Source of the DNA: Eledone cirrhosa
Lineage: Eukaryota
Reading direction: 5' to 3'
NCBI GenBank assembly: GCA_964016885.1
Contig: OZ024743.1
Coordinates: 254,076,001-254,140,000 of the forward strand
DNA length: 64,000 nucleotides
Below the pieces are notes generated by a model, which saw nothing but the letters and a program-made list of their open reading frames with translations, did no database searches and was not told the origin of the DNA. Positions 54,445-64,000 of the stretch are shown here, in pieces; the stretch's first letter is position 1; every line of letters begins with the position of its first letter. A program made the translations under genes and the position numbers.

Positions 54445-55358
54445 AACTCTTTAAAGTTTATTGTTGCAAAATATATATATAGGGTATATGGCTATACAAA
54501 ACTACCAAACAAAGTGTTGGGAGGACTCTTCAGATGTGTCCAAGGGCATGACAACCTCCTATGTACTGTTCACATGATAAAATACACTTGGTAGTGTGCA
54601 GGATCATATGTAATCAAGATACAGGCCACTGGCCCATCTGAGCCCACAGAAGGGTGTAGAAATGCAAGCAGAATGCAGGCTCCCAACCCACCATTGGATC
54701 AGTAGTTCCAATTTGAGTACCAACCCAGTCTGCTGACAGCCCATTCACCCCTTGCTAGCAGAAAAAGCAGATATATGATGATGATGATAATGATAATGGT
54801 GAGGATGATGATATAAACATATATAAAATAGTTTCTACTGAAATATTTCGCAAATATAATCTAGTTTTAATGATTTTAGTATTGAGCATCTTCTTGTTCA
54901 CCTCCAACTATTATCTACACTGCCAACACCAGCACTCCATCGCCATCATCATCACCACTGTCACCTGATATCAATTCCCCAGTTACTGGGACTTTACTTT
55001 TTCTGTGGTAGCACACATGGCATCAACAGAATCAAAAATAGATATGTCCGCCGTCTGACTGACTGATAGTTTGGACTATATTTGATCAACTGTTCAACTG
55101 ACCCACCAGCTGGACTCTATTCCAATCCTCCAGTGTACTGACCACTAACAATCTTCTGATGTCAATCAGAGAAATTAAATTATCCTGATTATCTGCTAAA
55201 GTGGAACATAAAGAGCTAGAATGTTCATACATATGTGTGTGCGTGTTTATATATATATATATATATATATATGTAAGTATGAGAAATGAAATTTCGTTTC
55301 TTCTATTCCATATATATGTATATATATATATATAGGATACCATTTTATCTATGTTTAT

Positions 55359-55398
<40 letters not shown>

Positions 55399-56327
55399 CT
55401 ATCATCACCCTCACCACCAACACCATCATTATCTTCATCTTAATACTGACACATTGACTTCCGGCTTGAGGACATCTGTGAAAGTTCGGGTTAAACTAGA
55501 TACACAAGCTGTGAGGACTTGTTCCTATTTTGCCTTTTATATCTACTACAAGTTCCAGTAATGACAGATTCTCCTTGGATTCAGTGAATGGGGGAGAGAT
55601 TGATGAATGCATTGGTACAAATATAAGGTTTATGACCAGGAGTCTGCAACAGACTATGAGTAAAGGACAAATGGAATTCCCTTGTGTCTATGAAAGGATT
55701 TTTTCTCTAGTGCATGATGGCACAGTATGGGAAATGGCTGTATGATCCCTTTTCTGATTGAATAACAGCACATTGCTCCAGCATATAAAATGTCAGAAAA
55801 CCAAAGCCAGGAGTCAAACCACAAGAACATCCATGCTGTTGATTGAGATGAGTGATTTATAGAAGCCCTTGATACCAGACACTGTAAGCACTACACATAG
55901 AGAAGAGCACTCTGCAACACAAGTTAACCATATTGGAGACATTGTTTATACAATCTGCAAGACATAGAAATCTAGGTATCAGAAAGAGATGGATAACATC
56001 TGAAAAAGATATCTCAAGAAACAGATAAAAGATGTCTTTGAATTTGAGACTTTAGCATATGCTAAGGGAAGTAACACTGAGTGATCATGGGGGTAGTGTT
56101 AATGATTGCATTGGCCCTGTTCTTGTTTCCTCCCTATCATGACTACCAATGTTATTTTTCAACACAAAACAAGACATTTTTAAAATATAAGTTTGAAAGC
56201 AAAGGCAACTGTGAGAAATTCCAGCTGACTTGCCAAGGAGGAACAGAATCCCTATGCAGTTTGAATGTCTGACATATGTCTGCCGGGTGCATGAACAGAA
56301 GGACATGTTTTTTTTTGCTGGTGGCAT

Positions 56328-57085
56328 ATCATCATCATCATCATCATCATCACCGTTTTACGTCCGTTCTTCCACGCTAGCATGGGTTAGACGGGTTGTC
56401 CTGTTGTGGGCAGTGTCTGGTCGGCTGACCATGCCTTGCTCATACAGGAACTGATCTGGCTTGATTTCTACAGCTGGATGCCCTTCCTAACACCAACCTC
56501 ATTTACAGTGAGTGCTGGGTGCTTTTTCGTGGCGCCTACACGTCCACTTTACAGTGTGGGCTGGGTGCTTTTTTGCCGTGGCACCTCCACGACCACCTTG
56601 CGGTGGGGGGGGGGCATATTGTTTATATGCTTCAGCATGTACCCATGGGAGGTCGGGTACCCTGTATTACTGCGTGACGCCAGAAGTCACGGTCGTGTGT
56701 CATTGACTTTGAGAGGTGTAGTTGGGTAAGGTCGGCTTTTATCACCTCATCCCAAGTCATCTTGGGTCTCCCCACTCCGCGGTTTCCATCAACTTCTAGT
56801 GCTCTGCACCTTTTTATGCAGCTGTCATCCTTCATACGCATCACATGTCCATACCAGCGTAACCGCCTCTCCTGCACGCAGCATTTGATTCCTCTTATGC
56901 TCAGTCTCTCTCTCAATTCATTTATGCTTTGTCGTTCACGTATATTACTGTTACACATCCATCGGAGCATGCAGGCTTCGTTTCTCTCTAATCTACGTAA
57001 GTCTTCCACCTTCAGCGCCCAGGTCTCACTACCATGCAACATCGCTGTTCGGATACACGCATCATACAGTCTGCCTTTCATTCGC
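56328..57085 (-). mobile_element. RTE LINE 3' fragment
   Basis: KGRLYDACIRTAMLHGSETW...RRLRWYGHV...GRPKMTW, then 3' UTR and (GAT)n tail. Confidence 0.9.
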
Positions 57086-57269
57086 AAAATAAAATTTCAT
57101 TTGAAGATACCGTTCTCATAACAACAACAAATCCATGAAATAAATCTTGGATTGCATGGGGGAACCGTTGAAATAATTATTATGAATAAATGATTTATGT
57201 AACATCAGCATCTTTCTTACTGTTATTATATATGTATGTGTGTGTGTATATATATGTGTGTGTGTGTGT

Positions 57270-58085
57270 GTATTATCTGGTGGTTATTAAGAAGGTTAAG
57301 TTTAAAAGAAGGGTTGTGACAGCAGTGCAAGCCATGTACAGAGTAACTGTCAGGAAGTGAGTTTACTGAGGAATTCAGGAGTCCAACAGGATTTGGGTCA
57401 CAGCCCACTGCTGTTCATTATAGTTCTCCAGGCCATAATATAGCAGTTTAAAACTGGCCATCCATGGGAACTTTTCTATGCAGATGAACTGGTACTTATA
57501 GCTGAATCCATAAAAGAACTAGAGAGTAAGTTATGACTATGGAAACAGAATTTTGAATCAAAAAAGTAAACGTAGCCATAACTAAAATGCTAGTAAGTAG
57601 TAAATAATATAGGACCCTGACTCCTTCAGGGAAACGGCGGCCCTGCTCAAAATGTAGAAAAGAAGTAGGTATAAACTCTATACAATATACACAATATAAA
57701 CCTTGTGTACACAAGAAATGTAGTGGGATAATGTGTAGACTAACTGGAAGGGAAAACTGTGTATATTGAAGACGCACAGAAATAATCAACAGGAAGATCA
57801 TCAGTGATATAAATCTTTTCCAATCCCATCAACAATCTATGGAAGTGATTAATAGCTTCTTGGTTTAAGAGGCATCTGAAGTGGTGTTCAGAGAGAAGAC
57901 TGCTTTGGATGGATGACTGTTGGGTGAGGACATACCAGGAAATACCAGTAGAAGGAAGCTACAGTAGAGGTAGACCAAAGAAGACATTAGTCACAGAGGA
58001 GATGACAAAGGAATGCAGTGAGTGGAGAGATGGTGTGCTACAAATGATCCATCCAACCCGATGATGATGATGAATATGATGATGG
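57270..58085 (+). mobile_element. Highly degenerate RTE LINE fragment
   Basis: Remnants of PWELFYADE, the PCSKC/VHKKCSG finger, GRPKKT and a (GAT)n tail. Confidence 0.7.
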
Positions 58086-58157
58086 CATGCATATATTTAG
58101 ATATATGGGTATGTATATATATATATAGTTATGTATGTATATATATATATACATGTA

Positions 58158-58188
<31 letters not shown>

Positions 58189-58359
58189 CATCATCATTTC
58201 ATTTTACGTCCGCTTTTTCCCTGCTTGCAAGGGTGGGACGGGAACTGATTCTGGCTTGATTTCTACAACAACCTCATTTACAGTGAGTGCTGGGTTCTTT
58301 TTTTCCGTGGCACCTCCACGACCACTTTGTAGTGGAATGATATGGACCCCAGTCCCTAT

Positions 58360-58767
<408 letters not shown>

Positions 58768-58770
<3 letters not shown>

Positions 58771-59685
58771 CATAAAACATGTCTATAGAATCACCAGATA
58801 AAATATATACGTTTCCTCTCCCAATTAGCATAATTAACCATATAAAAAATCAATTAGACCAAGCTATAAGAATAAAGCCTCCTATGAAGAAATCTCTGAC
58901 AAATAACCGAAAGCAGCCCCTTCGCGGCGGTTACAACGGAGTATTTATCGAATATTTCGACAGCATGTATAAATCGACCAGATATATGATGATTCTATAG
59001 ACATGTTTTATGATATATAGATCTGATCATTTAATTTATTAATTCTTCATTGAGCCACAACGTGAGCCGTTCCAACACAAATATATATCTATGACTTTAT
59101 ATATATATATATATATGTAAACCTTTATATGTAATGATCTCCTGTTAGGTTGAGATACAATTTGGCTGTATTGGGCTGCGCTTTCTAGCAAAAAGCCTAC
59201 CAGCCGTAAGCAACTAATCGCATCCTTTCTAACTTGACCGCTGCCACGTCACGATTTTTAGCCATTTTTTAATGTATTCTTGGCGCGATCACTTTGGAAA
59301 ATTAATTGTCTAAATTTGAGCTAACTCCTGAAGAATCCGAAGCTCTAGATATCCTCTGTTATCGGATGTCTTAAAAGGTGGACGAAACCATGGTAGAGGT
59401 AATTAAATATGTACACATTTCTTCTAGTTTATTTTACACCTAATTCTGTTTAGTTGACTGTATATCTGGTCGATTTATACATGCTGTCAAAATATTCGAC
59501 TAATACTCCGTTGTAACTGCCGCGAAGGGGCTGCTTTCGGTTATTTGTCTGAGATTTCTTCATAGGAGGCTTTATTCTTATAGCTTGGTCTAATTGATTT
59601 TTTATATGGTTAATTATGCTAATTGGGAGAGGAAACGGTATATATTTTATCTGGTGATTCTATAGACATGTTTTATGATATATAT
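58768..59685. repeat. Inverted repeat with arms of about 220 bp (58768-58986 and 59461-59685), MITE- or foldback-like
   Basis: gcatgtataaatcgaccagatata pairs with tatatctggtcgatttatacatgc; cataaaacatgtctatagaatcaccagataaaat pairs with attttatctggtgattctatagacatgttttatg. Confidence 0.85.
59325..59398 (+). ncRNA. Type I hammerhead motif
   Basis: ctc-CTGAAGA-atcc...ggac-GAAA-ccatgg-TA-gag. Helix III ACCATGGT is palindromic. Predicted cleavage after A59395. Confidence 0.65.
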
Positions 59686-59701
59686 ATATATACATATATA
59701 T

Positions 59702-59805
<104 letters not shown>

Positions 59806-59961
59806 CACATACATATACCCCTCCGTGGTATTTTCTTCGTGGTTATAAGAGGCTTAGCTCTGTTTCTCGACCGTTATATCGCGTGACTGTCTCCCCCTCC
59901 GCCTTTTGGGATTCTTTCTCACGTCGTGTAGACGCGTTCTTGAGACTAGTAAAATGAGGTA

Positions 59962-60049
59962 TCCTCTTGATAAGTCGGCAGACCTCGCAAGGACTCTATA
60001 TCTTTGATATATTGTTTTTGTTTATGCCACGAAACTACGTAGTCGAGGA
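59962..60049 (+). ncRNA. Type I hammerhead ribozyme, U3-A8 variant (copy 1 of 6)
   Basis: tcctc-TTGATAA-gtcggca...tgccac-GAAA-ctacgtag-TC-gagga. Predicted cleavage after C60044. Confidence 0.8.
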
Positions 60050-60552
60050 ATTTAGGAACAGTTTAGGTATGATACATTTTATTACTAATTATATCTAAAT
60101 GTTTCTTCTCTCTTCATAATGTATTTTTAACTCTGATACTGGTTCGGTCTGGTTCAAACTGAATTGGTCTGTCCCAGTCATTCATTGAGCAACATCGGTG
60201 AAGTTGGCACCCTTAACTCACAGTTGGGTGCGGATGCATTCATGTATATATGTGTGTGTCCGCATGTATCTGTGTGTTTCTAAATATATTAATAACTCCC
60301 TCTGGTCGAGCAATCTTTGAAGTGTGGGGACAACTGGAAAGCTTCCATTACTCATACTTCTCGCCTTCTTCACTACCTCTTCTACGGCCTCGATATGAAT
60401 GCCCCCTCCGCCTCCGTGGTATTTTCTTCGTGGTTATAAGAGGCTTAGCTCTGTTTCTCGACCGTTATATCGCGTGACTGTCTCCCCCTCCGCCTTTTGG
60501 GATTCTTTCTCACGTCGTGTAGACGCGTTCTTGAGACTAGTAAAATGAGGTA

Positions 60553-60640
60553 TCCTCTTGATAAGTCGGCAGACCTCGCAAGGACTCTATATCTTTGATA
60601 TATTGTTTTTGTTTATGCCACGAAACTACGTAGTCGAGGA
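60553..60640 (+). ncRNA. Hammerhead ribozyme copy 2
   Basis: Same as copy 1, offset by 591. Confidence 0.8.
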
Positions 60641-61143
60641 ATTTAGGAACAGTTTAGGTATGATACATTTTATTACTAATTATATCTAAATGTTTCTTCT
60701 CTCTTCATAATGTATTTTTAACTCTGATACTGGTTCGGTCTGGTTCAAACTGAATTGGTCTGTCCCAGTCATTCATTGAGCAACATCGGTGAAGTTGGCA
60801 CCCTTAACTCACAGTTGGGTGCGGATGCATTCATGTATATATGTGTGTGTCCGCATGTGTCTGTGTGTTTCTAAATATATTAATAACTCCCTCTGGTCGA
60901 GCAATCTTTGAAGTGTGGGGACAACTGGAAAGCTTCCATTACTCATACTTCTCGCCTTCTTCACTACCTCTTCTACGGCCTCGATATGAATGCCCCCTCC
61001 GCCTCCGTGGTATTTTCTTCGTGGTTATAAGAGGCTTAGCTCTGTTTCTCGACCGTTATATCGCGTGACTGTCTCCCCCTCCGCCTTTTGGGATTCTTTC
61101 TCACGTCGTGTAGACGCGTTCTTGAGACTAGTAAAATGAGGTA

Positions 61144-61231
61144 TCCTCTTGATAAGTCGGCAGACCTCGCAAGGACTCTATATCTTTGATATATTGTTTT
61201 TGTTTATGCCACGAAACTACGTAGTCGAGGA
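61144..61231 (+). ncRNA. Hammerhead ribozyme copy 3
   Basis: Same as copy 1. Confidence 0.8.
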
Positions 61232-61734
61232 ATTTAGGAACAGTTTAGGTATGATACATTTTATTACTAATTATATCTAAATGTTTCTTCTCTCTTCATA
61301 ATGTATTTTTAACTCTGATACTGGTTCGGTCTGGTTCAAACTGAATTGGTCTGTCCCAGTCATTCATTGAGCAACATCGGTGAAGTTGGCACCCTTAACT
61401 CACAGTTGGGTGCGGATGCATTCATGTATATATGTGTGTGTCCGCATGTATCTGTGTGTTTCTAAATATATTAATAACTCCCTCTGGTCGAGCAATCTTT
61501 GAAGTGTGGGGACAACTGGAAAGCTTCCATTACTCATACTTCTCGCCTTCTTCACTACCTCTTCTACGGCCTCGATATGAATGCCCCCTCCGCCTCCGTG
61601 GTATTTTCTTCGTGGTTATAAGAGGCTTAGCTCTGTTTCTCGACCGTTATATCGCGTGACTGTCTCCCCCTCCGCCTTTTGGGATTCTTTCTCACGTCGT
61701 GTAGACGCGTTCTTGAGACTAGTAAAATGAGGTA

Positions 61735-61822
61735 TCCTCTTGATAAGTCGGCAGACCTCGCAAGGACTCTATATCTTTGATATATTGTTTTTGTTTATGC
61801 CACGAAACTACGTAGTCGAGGA
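61735..61822 (+). ncRNA. Hammerhead ribozyme copy 4
   Basis: Same as copy 1. Confidence 0.8.
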
Positions 61823-62325
61823 ATTTAGGAACAGTTTAGGTATGATACATTTTATTACTAATTATATCTAAATGTTTCTTCTCTCTTCATAATGTATTTT
61901 TAACTCTGATACTGGTTCGGTCTGGTTCAAACTGAATTGGTCTGTCCCAGTCATTCATTGAGCAACATCGGTGAAGTTGGCACCCTTAACTCACAGTTGG
62001 GTGCGGATGCATTCATGTATATATGTGTGTGTCCGCATGTATCTGTGTGTTTCTAAATATATTAATAACTCCCTCTGGTCGAGCAATCTTTGAAGTGTGG
62101 GGACAACTGGAAAGCTTCCATTACTCATACTTCTCGCCTTCTTCACTACCTCTTCTACGGCCTCGATATGAATGCCCCCTCCGCCTCCGTGGTATTTTCT
62201 TCGTGGTTATAAGAGGCTTAGCTCTGTTTCTCGACCGTTATATCGCGTGACTGTCTCCCCCTCCGCCTTTTGGGATTCTTTCTCACGTCGTGTAGACGCG
62301 TTCTTGAGACTAGTAAAATGAGGTA

Positions 62326-62413
62326 TCCTCTTGATAAGTCGGCAGACCTCGCAAGGACTCTATATCTTTGATATATTGTTTTTGTTTATGCCACGAAACT
62401 ACGTAGTCGAGGA
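62326..62413 (+). ncRNA. Hammerhead ribozyme copy 5
   Basis: Same as copy 1. Confidence 0.8.
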
Positions 62414-62916
62414 ATTTAGGAACAGTTTAGGTATGATACATTTTATTACTAATTATATCTAAATGTTTCTTCTCTCTTCATAATGTATTTTTAACTCTGA
62501 TACTGGTTCGGTCTGGTTCAAACTGAATTGGTCTGTCCCAGTCATTCATTGAGCAACATCGGTGAAGTTGGCACCCTTAACTCACAGTTGGGTGCGGATG
62601 CATTCATGTATATATGTGTGTGTCCGCATGTATCTGTGTGTTTCTAAATATATTAATAACTCCCTCTGGTCGAGCAATCTTTGAAGTGTGGGGACAACTG
62701 GAAAGCTTCCATTACTCATACTTCTCGCCTTCTTCACTACCTCTTCTACGGCCTCGATATGAATGCCCCCTCCGCCTCCGTGGTATTTTCTTCGTGGTTA
62801 TAAGAGGCTTAGCTCTGTTTCTCGACCGTTATATCGCGTGACTGTCTCCCCCTCCGCCTTTTGGGATTCTTTCTCACGTCGTGTAGACGCGTTCTTGAGA
62901 CTAGTAAAATGAGGTA

Positions 62917-63004
62917 TCCTCTTGATAAGTCGGCAGACCTCGCAAGGACTCTATATCTTTGATATATTGTTTTTGTTCATGCCACGAAACTACGTAGTCG
63001 AGGA
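62917..63004 (+). ncRNA. Hammerhead ribozyme copy 6
   Basis: Same as copy 1 with one T>C in the helix II insert (62978). Confidence 0.8.
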
Positions 63005-64000
63005 ATTTAGGAACAGTTTAGGTATGATACATTTTATTACTAATTATATCTAAATGTTTCTTCTCTCTTCATAATGTATATATATATATATATATATATA
63101 TTTTATCTGGTGATTCTATAGACATATTTTATGATATATAGCTCTGATTATTTAATTTATTAATTCTTCATTGAGCCACAACGTGACCCGTTGCAAAACA
63201 CATATATATATCTATGACTTTATATATATATATAAATACATTTTTGACATGATAAGAAGTGTGCTAATTTAGCTGTTTTTCTTTTCTAAATATATTAGTC
63301 TGCTCCTATTGTATTCCTATTGGTTTTACAGCCAAACATTCTCAGATTCACTAATTTAGTACATGTAGAATAAAAAAAGTCCATAAGTATCGAGATAAAG
63401 CATAGTTATAAAAAGGAAATGAGGCAATAATATCAAAACTGCTAGAAATATCAGCTAAATCTCTCTCCAATCACACAACAACACTATAATTAGAGAAATA
63501 ATATACTGGTCACAGCTAAAAGGCTGAAGTTAAAGATCTGCTGGCACATGATTTAAACAACAACATACATACTTAAATTGAACTAATTTGGAGGGATTTA
63601 ATATCATAACTTTCTCAGTATTAAGCTGGTCTTTGGAACAACTTTGCCAAATATCAAGACTTGCCATCAAGACCTATGGTGACCTTGGTCCCTGAATAGC
63701 GATTTTCTTCTACTAAATTGAAAAAAGTACATCATTCTGACTGGGAATGTAGCCCCCTGAGGCTGAGTGGCTGATGTAGTAGACATTACTGGCTGTTTGC
63801 AGCAACAATGCCTTTGCCATTTTATAAATGAAATATATCACCTAGACTGGGGTTTAGAGTCTGATGCACCCTCCCATTTTACTTCTTACTTTCATTAATA
63901 TTTTTTATTGACAACATTATATAATTTCATTGCAATTTGTTTAATAAAATATATTCAACAGATCTGGTTTTTAGATATATAATACTTTGAAACAAACAAT

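Larger units (their letters stand above)
59820..63079 (+). mobile_element. Tandem array of a 591-bp hammerhead-containing unit (about 5.5 copies), putative non-LTR retrozyme
   Basis: Exact 591-bp period (same ORF at 60250, 60841, 61432, 62023, 62614). Only two substitutions noticed (60859, 62978). One hammerhead per unit. (TA)n on both sides. Confidence 0.85.

Noticed and set aside
54960-55200. Possible exon after a minus-strand acceptor-like tract
   Set aside because: Stops in the frames examined, no convincing donor and no homology recognised.
60250-60477. 75-aa ORF repeated in every array unit; the unit length of 591 is divisible by 3
   Set aside because: It starts in a TG/TA microsatellite, shows no recognisable domain and ends in a stop, so nothing supports translation or rolling-circle translation.
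59820-63079. Array as a CRISPR, 5S rRNA, tRNA or snRNA cluster
   Set aside because: No unique spacers and no recognisable 5S, tRNA or U snRNA sequence. The A/B-box-like tggttcggtctggttcaaac motifs overlap instead of being properly spaced.

Overview
AT-rich, microsatellite-rich animal DNA made almost entirely of retroelements. The SINE, RTE, CR1, Tx1 and Dong mix suggests a cephalopod such as Octopus, which is inference only. It holds a near-full-length CR1 LINE, several RTE LINE pieces, two large Tx1-type LINEs and two Dong/R4 LINEs nested in (AAT)n. There is also a young but nonsense-inactivated CsRn1-type Gypsy LTR element, Penelope-like (PLE) remnants and many tRNA-derived SINEs. No intact host gene is visible, only one or two candidate minus-strand exons. 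The main observation is at RNA level. A 591-bp unit is repeated about 5.5 times at 59820-63079, and each unit carries a type I hammerhead ribozyme with a compensated U3-A8 core. This is the architecture of a non-LTR retrozyme that could release 591-nt self-cleaved, possibly circular, RNAs. At least six further unrelated hammerhead-like motifs lie in PLE-type ends and foldbacks beside (TA)n tracts. All ribozyme calls are manual motif and pairing matches, and activity is untested.
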